From positions 744,001 through 808,000 of the forward strand of contig NW_027191417.1 in assembly GCF_041146345.1 (NCBI RefSeq): a stretch of 64,000 nt of DNA, written 5' to 3'. Positions 36,257 through 49,715 of the stretch are shown piece after piece. The notes under the pieces are model-generated. The model saw nothing but the letters and a program-made list of their open reading frames with translations, did not search any database and was not told the origin of the DNA. The translations under genes and the position numbers were made by a program. Each line of letters starts with the position of its first letter. Position 1 is the stretch's first letter. Origin of the DNA: Neodothiora populina. Its lineage: Eukaryota.

Positions 36257-38146
36257 TTAAGCAGCGATCCGTCCTGCACCGAGTATAGTCCAGAAGGCGA
36301 GCTCGCGGCTCTCCTTTGTTCCCTTCGCCGTTCCAGATGCAGCCGCATCTTCGGCTGTCAACTCCGTCTCCCATTCCACTCGCACAAACACGGGTATTTC
36401 CAACACATCCTCATCTACGCTGCTTTCCTTCCCACTTCTATTTGAAGTAGAAGATGAAGGTTCACCAGGCGTCTCAAGCTTCGACTTGGCCGCTCGAGAG
36501 TCCTGCACAGACCCCGGCACGACCTCCATGACCACAGTAGTCCAGTTCCGCCCACGTTCCCACACCTTGCCTGCTTCGGGCTGGCGCTCCTCGCCGTCCC
36601 TGTTGGAGTCCTTGGATCCCGGTCTTTGCGCCTGAGCGGAAGCGGAAGACCCCGTTCCGTTGAGGGCTTCGTCCCACAAGTCGCCGGCTGCGCCTATCTC
36701 GAGGGATGGGCAGAGAATCGTCACACGAGACTCTACGGGCCCGGGCGTGATCGCTGGAGTGGCGAGCGTGACGCGCACGGGATCGAAGAGGGGGTTGGTC
36801 AGTGTGAGGAGGAACTGCACTGGTAGCGAAGGGCGAAGACGCTCGTAATCTGACTCTCGTGCGGATTTGAGCGCGAGTGGGGTCAGAGCAAATGCTGCTA
36901 ATGGGATAGGTGTGAACGTGCTGCTGTTTGTGAAGAGACGCAGGGACAGTCGTGGGATGTGGTTTTGAGCGAGCAGGCGGATTTTGTATCTCGTGCTCCC
37001 GATTTTGGGCTCGGGTTTGGTTAGGATGTGTCGGCATACTCGACAGCGTTTGCTTCGACGCGTACGCAGTAGTGTTGCTATTGGCCATAGGTCCTCGCAG
37101 AATTGGGCTTCGTAGTTAAAAGGATGAGTTCTTCGCTGCTCTAGACTGGCCGTTGCTGCGTGCCCTTGCTGGCGAAGCTTCTCTATCCTTTGAGCATGCT
37201 CAGTCTCAGGCTCCGAAAGCACAAGGCCTTCTGCTGGACTTATTGCTTCGCGCATCGGTTGAGGCTTCTCACGTGACTTCTTCAGAGCAGTATATGAAAG
37301 ACCGCCGTAGAGGCTCATGATTCTCGCGAGGTTGTCGGGGGAGCTGAGACTTGCCCCTGCCATTGAGTTCGAGCCGAGACCAGCAGACTCCGAGAGCTGA
37401 TTCTTGTAGAAGTCTACTAGTGCCGCAAATTGCCCTTGATCAGGACTGACTTCGCTACGTTCTTCCGCGCTTCCGGGGACTTTCAAGGTGATCTCTGAAG
37501 ATTGTCCTGATTGCGATTGCGTTGCTTGACGACTTGCCTGGCGGGCACGTAGTCTGTGCAACTGCTCTGTTATCTTGGTAGGCTTACTTAGTTGGATTCC
37601 AACATCTAGTGAAGACCAGTCACAGCAAGGACAGGACAATATAAAAGGGCCGCTGGGTTGAGAAGTATCCTGGGGACTCAGGTGGTCCTTGGACTGCGAC
37701 TCCAATCCATTTGTGGAGAGCGGCGCTGTGCACGAAGGACAATTATAGCAATTGCGGGTACACCTAACTTGTCATCAGTTTTTTGTATCATGCGAAGGTG
37801 ATAGACATCGCCAGAGCTCACCTTACCTGTTACCATCACTTTTGACAACGCTACTTGGAACTTCGAAGAGACAGCTCGGACAATACCAATTCACGACTTC
37901 TTCGGTCCAACACCTTGGACATCGGATCTGATGACACTCATCACAGTATAGGAGATGATCGTACGGATATAGGGAAAAGTTCGCTCGTGCGTCATGCGAG
38001 TTGAAGGTTGAATTTATAGGCTCTGCTCCCGATACGCCCAAGAGTGGTTGATAACTTGTACGCCTTGACTGGGTGGTCGGAGCCGCACTAGCGGTCAAGG
38101 ACGTACAAGGACATGCCACATGAGAATATGGGAAAGCGGAGGCCAT
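36257..38146 (-). CDS. Dynactin p62 subunit (DCTN4/Ropy-2-like); 2 exons
   Basis: LLYCDECHQIRCPRC, YCPSCLFEVPSS, GNR|CTRNCYNCPSC, CPCCDWSS, LRTRRSKRCRVCRHILTKPE, LTLTNPLFDPV. Confidence 0.92.
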
Positions 38147-39713
38147 GCCGACTGTATGCGTCCTGTCGTGCTATTCAGTTCAAAATCAAAAGTTACCAAT
38201 AAGCGATGTAAATAAGTAACATGGGAGATATACCATTTGCCAAGACAAATTCACCGCTGAGATCCGACTTGGGCAGGAGACTTGGCAGGTGCTCTCGTCT
38301 GTACTGCAGTCGTAGCGAAAACGATGCATGTCACGTACATACAAGTAGATTATCGAGGTAGTGGATCGAAGACAATCTGAGGTACCTCATTGTATCGCCT
38401 ATCTCATAGATCGCTACATAACACATTTGTGTTCTCATTCCACCCCTTTCTCCGTCCACTTTCCTAGATTTACGTCAGCTATCGTGAAAATAACCCGTTC
38501 CGCAGTTGTTGACCTGACTGCGTAAAGGAGTTACCAAGGCAATATAACCACATACAACGACCTCAAGTCATCATCGTAGCTATGCGGTACAATATCGCAG
38601 AGCCCGACCCTCTCTGTGACTTCCAATGACACCAAACACGTGCAACGAACTGAATTGTCATAGGAAGCTGCGGACAGGGTCACCCTCCTTGCGATTGTAC
38701 TTGTGCAGTCATATCCTTACACGGAAACATTGTGGTTCTCTTACCCTGAGTGGCGTAGCAGATACGGATAGCTGGCATTACACGTCCACACTTTGTACCA
38801 TAACCTCGGGCGGTCCAACAGCATTGCCGAGCTCTACGTCGTTCCGTCCGCACGAAGATAGGCTCGCGCTAATACTATATTATGATATTATGATGCCACG
38901 GTCCCTGTACGTCTCGCGTTCGGTGATGCTTCTAGCCCTCCGTGAAGAACTCGGAGACCCAAGTCATGCCCGTTAGTTGTGACGCAACAAATGCAATTCG
39001 CCTTGTAGCGACGTATCTACGAGCTGACTAGAATGTGAACTCTCGACGCCTTCACACGTGGCTGCGCCGATCGCCGAACGTTGGACTATGAGATGTAAGG
39101 CTGAAACAGGTCTCATTGGAGAAACGGTCTGCCACGTGGGTCAAGATCGTATGACAAAATTGATCAAGATTGAGGTGAAACCAACTCACTCCAGGTTACC
39201 CGTTCCGCTCTTGTAAATCCGAGCAATACCGGCAACACTGGGCCTTCTTAGGTATCGTGTTCGGAGCGAGTGATCACGCTTACACGGGTCGTTGGGCAGG
39301 CCAACCCTGAGGTATACCTCAAGGTACCCTGTGTATTCCGCGTTACCTTATGGTGGCTTCTGGCGTACTCTATCTTCGTCCTGTTAAGCATGATAGATTT
39401 ACTCATGCAATCTACAATGTCGTATGCAATAGTTGCCTATACACGATGCATATCATGCTCCACGTCTTACGGCGTAGTCCCACATCCTGTGAACGCTCGA
39501 AGTACGATTCAATAATGATAGCGACCTCCCCACATCGGTCTTCGGTCTGACGTGACACTCATATGGATTTAGCAGTAAGTCCGGACACAGTGCCTTTGGT
39601 CTCCTCTTCACTGTTCTCCGCATCACATACACAAATACACGATCAAAGTGACTATACCTGGTCAATCCGTCTCTTTCACAAGTACCATTGCGTTACTGAT
39701 AGCGTCTATAAAA

Positions 39714-40642
39714 ATGTCCGCCCACGAAGCCAAGCGTCAGCGAACTCAGAGTGTCGACTACGAGCTCCTCTATCATCCTCAGATCCCTGGACGTGCAGAG
39801 TTCATCAGGTTGTTGTTCAAGGCATCTGGCGTCGAATTCACAGATCCAGCGAACGAGGACCCCCCTAATGAGTCTGGGCTTAATGGCTATGCTCTTGTTC
39901 AAGCAGCTTGCTCACCTCGAAGCCTTGGTGACGAAGAGGGCAATCCACCTGCCTTTGCCCCACCAGCTCTGCGCCATAGACAAGCTGGCAAGGACGGCAA
40001 GTCTTTGGTGATTCATCAGACGCCCACCATCATGTCCTACCTGGGCGGTCGCCTTGGTCTTGCTGGTGAAAGTGAGATTGAGAGCGTGTGGATCAATCAG
40101 ATCGCTTTGACTGCCTTGGATATGAACAATGAATGCCACGACACGCATCGTTAGTTCCTATGACCTTTGCGGATGTGAGACGCCTCGCTAATAGACACGC
40201 ATAGATCCAGTAGCAGTCTCAAAATACTACGAAGGTCTGTAGTGCAATCATGCTCCTCGCGACTTCGCGACTGACAAATTCAAAAGAACAAAAACAGGCC
40301 GCCCTGGAGAAGTCCAAGGACTTTAGGGAGACCCGCATGCCTAAGTTCTTCAGTTACTTCGAACGTGTGCTCAAGCATAACAAGGACAGCGGCAACGGCA
40401 AGTACTTAGTCGGCAGTAAGTTGTCATACGCCGACACGACATTGTGGCAGCTTCTTGATGGACTGAAATTCGCCTTCCCGGAAGAGATGAAAGCCAGAAG
40501 CCCTGAATTTCCGTTGTTATTTGAGACATTCTATCCAAGCCTTGAAGAAGAGGCATGGCTGAAAACTTATCTCAAGAGTGCAGAGCGACTGCCATACTCT
40601 ATGGGTGTCTTCAGACATTATCCAGAGCTTGATCGCCAATAG
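39714..40642 (+). CDS. Glutathione S-transferase; 3 exons
   Basis: YHPQIPGRAEFIRL, FAPPAL, HQTPTIMSYLG, HDTH|HPVAVSKYYE|EQK, LSYADTTLWQLLDGLKFAFP, FRHYPELD. Confidence 0.9.
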
Positions 40643-40961
40643 AGACAGTAAGCATCGTGTCGACACCAGAAACAAGTCATGGCAAGGAGATTAAGTGTAT
40701 CGAAAAAATCAATACAAGCGTGTTCCACAATTGATCCAGCGTCCTGGCTTGTATACTTCATGTATTCGAGGCTGCCTTTCTATTACACGATTGACCATCT
40801 ATGGAGACGCGGACCACTAGTAGCCAGAATGACCTTTCAAGTGTGACTTGGATGAGGCTGGCATGCAATGCCCGGCATATTTCCATCGAGGTCACGATCT
40901 GGATAGCGCTGGATGCTGGAGTGCATCCGTGAAGCCAACACGATCTATTTGTCAGCCACGT

Positions 40962-41779
40962 CTATTGATATTTCTTCCCTCCTCCAGACGTAAGGGTGAG
41001 TTCCTGCAGTATCTCCTGACCACTCACGTACGTCATGTAAGATGGCACAATGATCCAGGCTCCGCTGCGTAATAAGTCAGTGCCCATTCGATCTGAAGAA
41101 TGTCGTGCTACACGCTTACTTGGGGATTATCCAGAGAACGACAAGTGAGTACATGTCATTGTGACCTATGTTTGCAAAACCACCAAATGCCTCGTTCAAC
41201 CAGTACAGAACGGTCTTTGACAACGTCATGATAGACGAGCCGTACAAGATCAAGACAGCCCAGGCGGCATACTGACCGCACACGGTCTGGCTCCGCGCAA
41301 GCCACCCAATGGACTTCCGGCTTACTGCACCTCGACCATCAATCTTTTCTTGCTCACCATGGTTAAACAATATCCATAGATAAGCTAAGTATCCAACAGT
41401 CTCGACAACATTCAACGAAGCCTGAGCGGCAGTGAAACCGTTATGGCTGTCGTAGGCAGGCCATCCGTAAATGTAGTCGACTTTCGCATACAGCTCGTAA
41501 GGCATCCAGAGTGGCCACTGCAGGGAACCTCCCGCCATGCTGTGAGGACGAAGGAAGACGTAGCTGGACGCGCTGTTAGAGTATGACCAGTGCAAGGACA
41601 TGCCGACCTTACACAGTATCCCAGATTACCAAAGGCAGCGAAACAGCAAGCCATATGATCGTGAGGTTCGACGGCGTGTGCGCCCACTTGCGTTGATGCC
41701 CAGAACCATCTCCAGTCCTGGATGTTGGTCTAGCCGAGGAAGGCTGTGTCCCCTCTGTTTGACTTCGAGTAGAAACCAT
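40962..41779 (-). CDS. Fungal multi-pass membrane protein, possibly EXPERA/EBP-like; 3 exons
   Basis: WLAVSLPLVIWDT|..LRPHSMAGG..WMPYELYAKVDYIYG, MTLSKTVLYWLNE, WIIPN|GAWIIVPSY; family label is inference. Confidence 0.75.
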
Positions 41780-42871
41780 GGTTGGATGTACTGCAGGAAA
41801 GAAAGAGGAGATCAAGTAATCGAAATAATATTCACTTTACCAAAGACTCTCAGCTTCGCATGAGCCACTCTGCTTACCCTGCACAATTTCAAAGTCAACA
41901 CAGAATTAATACTCCCATGTGTTTACAGTATGGTACGACATGAGGTTTGCGAAACCAGCAGATCCATTACCCCATGCCTTACTTTGGGCGTCCTGAGGCC
42001 TTTGCTCAGATGATAGTTGCGGGGAAAACGAGACGGCGTTTATGCAATAAGTGTGGTAGCTTCTCAAACAGACCTTTAAGTTGACCTTCACTTTACCAAA
42101 TGAGTCGATATTAGTGGACGGCGATTGCTCTATTGCGAGGTCGAAACGACTTCTAGAGCTAGAAATATTGGCAGGTCGATATCAAAGTCTGGTAGTATCA
42201 TACAAGCTTGATTGCTGCGCCTCCACTCGCTCGGCATACTTGTCTTACAACTCCGCGACCTGCTGAAACGTTGATCACGACCAATCAGCGAGATGCGATT
42301 TCAAGACAACCGATACTCAATTCTCACGCAAGAGCTTGCAGACTCTTGGAAGCAACAAGGAGTGATAGCGAAGATGGAACAATCATGCCAATGCGGTGAC
42401 GCGTCGCTGCGGACTTTATGTATCTGTTATCTGTTTCTCGGCCTTCGGATCCCCGCAGCAAGTATACCAACCACACATTTACTGGGCGCTGGGAATTGGC
42501 ACTGCCATCCTTGTATTAGCTGGTAGTATGGAGGCATGCTTCCGCCGGGTAAGCAGACTCATGCGCACTATAATATTGTCCTACAGGTCCTCACTGAAGA
42601 ATATCTGCTGGGCGCAGTCGTCAGCCTCGCAGATCTCCGCTGGGCGCCATAAGTGGTGATATTAAGTTCATGGGCGTTAAGTTAACCTCTCAAAGTTGGT
42701 ATCTATACATCTTATTTCAGTTCTGGATCTTTATTTGAACTCTCGTTCGTCCCCGTTGAACCAGCGCTGTTGAAAAAGACCTGTGACTGCTTACCTTCGA
42801 TTACTTGCTTCCTTTCCTCTTTTCCCTTTGTGTCCCAAGGTACTCTTGAGTGTAGTCAATTGCTAAGTAAA

Positions 42872-44637
42872 ATGAGGTTAATCAATGCAGTGGTGAAGGC
42901 TACACTGACTTTAGGTAAGTCAATATGATCATACATTATAGGTGGTCACTAACGAGTCCAGGGTCGGTGGCATTCGCACAATATGCTCAATCTTGCAATA
43001 GCGACAATGTGTGTTTCTCCTTGAACATACCAGACGCCACTGCAAGCTCTGGTAGTGGCGACATCTACATGCAAATCAGCGCCCCGACAAGTTATTCGTG
43101 GGTGGCGTTGGGTCAAGGCTCGCAGATGGCTGGCGCTCAGATGTTTGTGTTGTACACCGATGCTAGCGGTACCAACGTAACCCTCTCTCCACGTCTTTCG
43201 ACTGGGCACTCAATGCCAACGTACAATTCTGCGGCACAAGTCACATTGCTTGATGGGACAGGAGTGTCAAATGGTGTGATGACCGCTAACTTCCGATGTG
43301 AGTGCTCCAATTCACTTTGACGTGAGCATTCACTTACTTGCTATATCAGGCTCAAGTTGTAGCTCCTGGTCAGGAGGCGATATGGACTTCACAAGCTCGT
43401 CAGGAAATTTCATATATGCAACGAGAACGGGTAGCGGACTCGACTCCGATTCGCCCTCGGCATCGATTTCCCAGCACAATAATCATAATGACTTCCAATT
43501 CGACTTCACTGAGGCAAGAGGTGGTGACTCCATCAACCCCTTTACCAGCGGTACCGCTGCTACCTCTGCCTCAGGTGGAGCCGCCACAGCCTCCAACTCC
43601 GCAGCGGCATCGTCGTCGTGTGTTTCTCGTACAGCATCATCCACGATCGCAGCTCCGTCCGGTTCTGGCTGCCCAACCGCTTGGCCTACAGCATGGTCTA
43701 GCTCTTGGCCTTCTTCTCGACCGACCCAGTACGCTTCGTGTTTCTCCGGCAGGGGCTACGGAAGCTGGCCAACTGCTGCGCCGTATGTCAAAGCCAAGCG
43801 CGACGACGATAGTGACGGAGACGACGACGACAGTGTCAACTACTGCGATTCGAGCTCTGGAAACAGTGGAAGCGGTTCCTCGAGCTCGTCTTCATCCTCT
43901 GGGTCGTCTGGGTCATCTGGGTCATCGTTCAATCTTGACAGCAATGGTGTGCCATTCGGCGGCGACTTTAACAAAGCTAGACATGTCATGATTGCTCACG
44001 GTGTTATGGCCGCGCTTGCATGGGTGATTCTGTTTCCATTCGGATCGATCAGCATCAGATCATTCAGCTTCCCTGGCCTCATTTGGTTCCACGCGATCTT
44101 CCAATCCCTCGCATACTTGGTATACATCGCAGCGTTCGGCCTCGGCATCTACCTCGCGCAAAACACCGTCGGGGTAAGCAATACTGCCTCGGTCAACGAA
44201 AACCTTTTACCTTTGCTAACAAAAGACAAACACAGCTCAACCAGGCACACCCGATCATCGGCATCGTGATCTTCATCCTAGTCTTCTTCCAGCCCTTCCT
44301 GGGCTTCCTGCACCACAAGTTCTTCAAAACCCACAGCCGCCGCACAGTGTGGTCCTACGGCCACATCTGGCTCGGCAGGATCCTGATCACGCTGGCCATG
44401 ATCAACGGCGGGTTGGGGTTGCAGTTGTCTGCCAATTCGCGGACGGGCGAGATCGCGTACGGCGTCATTGCTGGAGTCGTTTGGGTTGCTTATGTGGCGA
44501 GCATCATTTATGGAGAGCGTAAGCGCAAGAGGACTGCGCCCCCTAGCTACGGCAAGTCTATGCAGATGGAGCGATCTAGGAGTTCGAGTGGGAGCCCCAC
44601 GGGTCCTAGGGAGTGGTATGGCAAGGGCAGGAACTAA
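42872..44637 (+). CDS. Cytochrome (DOMON/CDH-type) domain plus cytochrome b561 membrane domain; 4 exons
   Basis: Signal-peptide-like start; WVALGQGSQMAGA, LSPRLSTGHSMP, ISQH (heme ligands Met and His); b561 His motifs IAHGVMAALAW, WFHA, HPIIG, GHIWLGR. Confidence 0.88.
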
Positions 44638-45111
44638 ATGGGGGGTGTTTCATTTTGATTTCTGTTGAGAGACCGACCGACGACTTTGACGAATTTATTG
44701 TTATGTGACCTTGACATTTGTTTGTATGCAGTCATGTGCTATAATATGGACTGGGGCGTTTTGATATGGAGACAGTGATAAATAACATTACCATTATATA
44801 GACCATGATCAGTGTTCACATATGAAAAACTCCAGTGAGGTCTATCTGTGTGTTTATGATTTTGTGTGTGCTTCGTAATGTAGAATGCTTGAATATTCTG
44901 TATCTGTCGAGTCAAGTGGTGAAAGATCGAGTACCAAAAGGCGTTGTTACCTCCAAGCTTATCTTTGCTTCCTACAACGCGACAACAAGTGCGGAGGTTC
45001 ACACGCAAGTGACAACACAAAGCTAGATTCACACCTCTTGATTTGATCATGTCACAAGAATGATACAGGACCGGTAGATATCGACTAGAATCTCCGTGTT
45101 GCGGAGAGCGT

Positions 45112-46547
45112 TCACTTCAACGACCACTGTCCCTCGGCATGCGCAATCTCCACAGCACGCTTCTCGTCCAGACTTACGCGCCCGGCTTCGAGGATGGCTC
45201 CCGTGGCGATGGTGTTCTTGAGAGTGGGCAGTCCTCGCTTGTCCAAGTCCTCCAGAGTCACCTTGCCGTCCTTGAGGTCTGTGACTGCGTCGACGAATTT
45301 CTCGAAGGATACGTAGCCGTAGCCGCCTTGTCCGGCGAAGTTGCCGGCTTCGTCGGGTGCGTACTTCATGTAGAAACTGTGCGCAAAAATCGCAGTTGTT
45401 AGTATTGTGCTTTGTGGAAGAGAGAGTGAGGGATGGAAGCTTACGGATTGTACCAGGTCAAGCCTGACTCGTCCTCGGTGACATCGTAGCCTCTCTTTGC
45501 TTGGTTGACGCGGACCTCGCCCTTGCTGGCCATGTAGTGGAAATACTGGTTGCTGTGTACACCTGCCTTTTGCGGTGCCGTCCAGCTAGAGGTGTAGACA
45601 CCGGTCGCTCTGCGCCCGCTGCCGTCCTGCTTTTCCCAGTCGACAAGAAGTGTGATGGTGTCCTCGGTCTCCTTGACGCAGCCTAGATCGGTGGCGATTC
45701 CTGTGCTGGCGCTCGCGGTGACTTTGGTGGGTTTCCATCCCGGTACCATGCTCTCGTTGACGTCGATGTGGTGCGAGTTGAGGTAGTAGGAGATGTCCGA
45801 TTCTTTGCCGGCCCATGCCTTGAATGTCTCGAGTTGAGACTTGGGCTGTGACATGTAGCTGTAGAAGTAGTTGAAGTCGCCTAACGTCCTTAGTGCACGA
45901 TGACGGGCATCAGCGTACGCTGGATCGAATCTTCAAGATTGGGGTTAGTTCAAGGACTCGCTGATACTGTCTGCTCGTGACAGGAAATGCCTACCTCTTG
46001 TGATGCTCAATGAACACAAAAACATTGTTCTTTTTGGCCTCCTCGAGTAGAGAGATATGCTCGGCCAGTGTCTTCACAGCTGGCTTTGTGATCAAGACAT
46101 GCACTCCTCGTTTGATGGCGTACAGAGCAATTGGGTAGTGTGTTGGGTCCGGGGTGAAGATGGTGATGGCATCGCCAGGTGACAAGGCGTCAATAGCAGT
46201 CTTGTAGGCATCCGGGTCTCGTTGGTCGTTACCAGGGAACGACTCGAAAGAAACGTCCAGCCCATTATATACCTGTGAGATATGCTTGTCCAAATGCTCC
46301 CCTGCTACAGTAAGCACCTATCTTCATACACTCTCTGATAGCTGATCTGGGGATACATACTGATTGCTGGGAACTTGTTGCCGGAAACTCCAACCATTGA
46401 GAGGTTTCCAACTTTCCCTCTCCGTCGCAGGTCGAACAACGTGAGTCCAACGACACCGACCTTTTTGTCAGAGTCCGATTGGCCTCCACCGACGAAACCT
46501 GTCGTATACTCGCCTGTACCGATCATACAAACATTCAAGGGAGCCAT
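45112..46547 (-). CDS. gaaA: D-galacturonate reductase (GFO/IDH/MocA family); 4 exons
   Basis: [83 protein letters not shown]; divergent from gaaC. Confidence 0.92.
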
Positions 46548-47157
46548 GATGATCGTCACTGCTCGAAATTTATAATGTACTATAGTATGGAAGTTTGGGT
46601 ATGTATAAGAGCCCACTGTATGTATGTATGTATGCAGCAAATACAGTCAGATCTGACACAGAAACGTGTGATCGGAGAAAGATACACGAGCGATGAGCAA
46701 TTGAAGAAAGATGCCCGCTGTCTTCCTAATGGCGAGCCCCAACCCGGCGACATCATCAGACGGACAAACATGCGGGGTGTGGAGTAAGAAATGCCGAGCA
46801 TCGGCGTTCTTTATTGCTGATTGGAGGGATAATACCATCCGCGCAGTTCATCCGCCAATCAGAGCCGCCTAGGGTGGATTTCGTCTCTAGTATTGACCTG
46901 TGCGCCCCACGTCGGCGTATGCTCCATACGGCTATAGGAGGGGCATACTAGGCACAAATAACATGATCAAGGTCAACCGATGTACCATAGAGCCTAATAC
47001 AAAGGTAGAATTATCCGTTAATAAGTGCTCCGTATCACCCGTGAAATGATCTTTTCTTGAACCATCGTATTTGTTTTCCTCCCTTCATTGACTTGCCAAT
47101 AGCCTGTCATAGATCCTCCAGTCCACCAATCTAATACACCAAATCCACAGAATAATC
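46548..47157. promoter_or_regulatory. Bidirectional gaaA-gaaC promoter with GARE (CCNCCAAT) boxes and CreA-type SYGGRG sites
   Basis: CCTCCAAT on minus strand 46820-46827, TCCGCCAAT 46851-46859, TCCACCAAT 47122-47130; GCGGGG 46772-46777, GTGGAG 46779-46784. Confidence 0.8.
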
Positions 47158-48114
47158 ATGGCTTCTAAACAACTCACGCCTCTGCGCGATGGCATCTACG
47201 CGCCCACGATGACATTTTTCAACCCAGAGACAGAAGAGCTTGACATCCCCACCATCAAGAAGCATGCAGTCCGTCTAGCAGAAGCAGGCCTCGTCGGTCT
47301 GGTAGCAATGGGCAGCAATGGCGAAGCCGTCCACCTGACCCGCGAGGAGAAGGTCGCTGTGACCAAAGCAACACGAGAGGCTCTTGACGAGGCCGGGTAC
47401 AAGGACGTGCCTGTTATCGTGGGTGCCTCAGAGCAGAGTATCCGGGGTACGATTGAGTTGTGCAAACTTACTTTCGAAGCCGGTGGAGAATACGTGTTGC
47501 TCGTGCCGCCAAGCTACTACCGCTATGCGATGAACGAGGCCGCCATCGAGGAATACTACACCTCGGTGGCCGATGCTTCGCCTGCCCCCATAATCCTGTA
47601 CAATTACCCCGGTGCTGTCGCCGGCATTGATATGGATTCGGATTTCATCATCAAGTTGGCAAAGCACCCCAACATTGTTGGCACCAAGTTCACTTGTGGC
47701 AATACGGGCAAGCTCACTCGTGTGGCCACAGCCACCAACGCCTGCTCGGTTAAGAACAAAGGTAGTGGGTGGATGGCTTTCGGTGGCATCGCAGATTTTA
47801 CTGCCCAGACGGCTGCATCTGGTGGCAGCGGCATCATTGCAGGTGGAGCAAATGTCCTGCCAAAGCTTTGTGTCAAAGTCTGGAAGCTTTGGGGCGAAGG
47901 CAAGTATGACGAAGCCATTGAGTTGCAGAAGATATTGTCCACGGGCGACTGGGTGTTGACCAAAGGCGCCGTCCCGGGCACCAAGGCAGCTATTGAGATG
48001 GAGTATGGCTATGGTGGCTTCCCTCGCAAGCCTCTAGTACGACTGGACGAAGAGGCGAGGCAGAAAATCAAGACTGGTATCTCAGAAGCAATGAAGATCG
48101 AGAAAAGCTTGTAA
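47158..48114 (+). CDS. gaaC: L-threo-3-deoxy-hexulosonate (2-keto-3-deoxy-L-galactonate) aldolase, DHDPS family
   Basis: GIYAPTMTFF, MGSNGEAVHL, LYNYPGAVAGID, IVGTKFTCGNTGKL (Schiff-base Lys); head-to-head with gaaA. Confidence 0.93.
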   Translation: MASKQLTPLRDGIYAPTMTFFNPETEELDIPTIKKHAVRLAEAGLVGLVAMGSNGEAVHLTREEKVAVTKATREALDEAGYKDVPVIVGASEQSIRGTIELCKLTFEAGGEYVLLVPPSYYRYAMNEAAIEEYYTSVADASPAPIILYNYPGAVAGIDMDSDFIIKLAKHPNIVGTKFTCGNTGKLTRVATATNACSVKNKGSGWMAFGGIADFTAQTAASGGSGIIAGGANVLPKLCVKVWKLWGEGKYDEAIELQKILSTGDWVLTKGAVPGTKAAIEMEYGYGGFPRKPLVRLDEEARQKIKTGISEAMKIEKSL

Positions 48115-48427
48115 TCACATTCATAGTTCAGACATAGAATCAGCACAAAGACACTTCAATATAGAACAAATGAAATTGGGTATCTCATGACAATTTTGCA
48201 ACCTAGAGGCTGATTCGGAAGCGACCAATACTTTTATTTATTGACCCACTAGAGCTGCAATAATGGTGGTGTCGAGCGCGGTAGTGGATGTGGTCATGTC
48301 AATGATCAAAACCCCCCAGCGCCGGGCGCTTTTCCACGTGACGACCATTTTGATGTTTTCTGAAGTACATACGCCCTGGTCAATGACCATCTCCATCCGA
48401 GTCTACAGCATCAACTCAACGCTGCGC

Positions 48428-49320
48428 TTAGTACTCCTGGGGAACCTGGGGGAACTCGAAGTTGACACCCTTGCCGGTGAGTCTCTTGTAGACCTCAGAG
48501 TAGGTGTCGAGGCGGTAGTCAACACCACCACGCTCCTTCTCGTCAAGGACGATCTTGAGGACCTTGGCACCATCCTCCTTGGTGCGCATGCGCTTGCCGA
48601 CGATCTCGACGGGGAAGACGAGGTCAGCAAGGATGGCGTCGTGGACGGCAGTAAGAGTCCTGGAACGAGGACGCTTCTGGGTCTGGGAAGTGCGGCTGCG
48701 GTTGGAGCGCTTGGGGCGGGGAAGAATGCGACGGGACGCAATGATGAGGACGTGGCGGTCAGAGAATTTCTTCTCGAGCTCACGGGTCAGGCTGTGACGA
48801 TTGATTAGATCGATACGCAATGTGGTACAAAGACACAAGAGTCGCTGCTTACCGCTGCTGGACCTTGTGGAAGCCCTGGAGGAGAGGGACAGGCACGAAG
48901 ATAACGATAGCCTTGCGTCCGTGGCCAACCTCAATCTGTAAGAATCCTGGTGTCAGCGTTGATTCGCCGCCCAGTGCCCACCGCCTCTTCGATTGTGTTG
49001 GATGTGTATGTGTGATGTGCAATCATAACAATGACTTTTTTCTGCATCTTTCCATCTCTCTTGATTGACTCCGAAAGTCGTCGTTTGCCAAACAGGACCA
49101 ATGGTTGGAATGCGATTTTGTGCAATGTGCTGATTGTTGGGAGCGCTGCTCATCTTCTTACCTCGCGGGCGGAGACGAACTGCAGAGGCCTCAAGGCGCT
49201 GCGCATGTCCGGGATGTTGGTCTCGAGCTCGTAGATAGCATTGGCGATGCTGGTCTCGATCTCGCTGGGGCTGGCCCGAGAAGGAGAGTTGGGAGCGATC
49301 TTGTTGAGTGCTTGAGACAT
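48428..49320 (-). CDS. RPS7: 40S ribosomal protein S7 (eS7); 3 exons
   Basis: [65 protein letters not shown]. Confidence 0.97.
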
Positions 49321-49715
49321 GGCGGCGGTGTTGGCGACGAGAAAGGAGGCCTGGTCGATGGTCGGATGCTGATCGAGAGAAGTCGCTGGCACGAAAACTT
49401 CTAAAGTCGTCAATCGCGAGCGACTTTGACGTGTGCGCTAGTTTCCGGTTAAGCGATCTGCTAACGCCTTGGCGAAATGCTGATCACGTGACATAGTCTC
49501 ACCTCACTCCATCTGAGTTCGATGACAGCGTCAGTTGATCTTTTCACATACGCATGGTATATTTATCGATAGTAGTGTAAGCTGACGTGTTTCTATTCGT
49601 CTTTAGTCCAGTGTTCTGTGTTGCCCTCTCTCTGCTTGTACATATATCGCATCGCAGGTGTATTGTTGACCCATTCTGCTTTTACATTGTCTTGTACTGA
49701 ATTTTCCTTAAGCCG

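Noticed and set aside
38147..39713. 1.5-kb divergent intergenic region with short ORFs
   Set aside because: No recognisable domain, RNA motif or repeat
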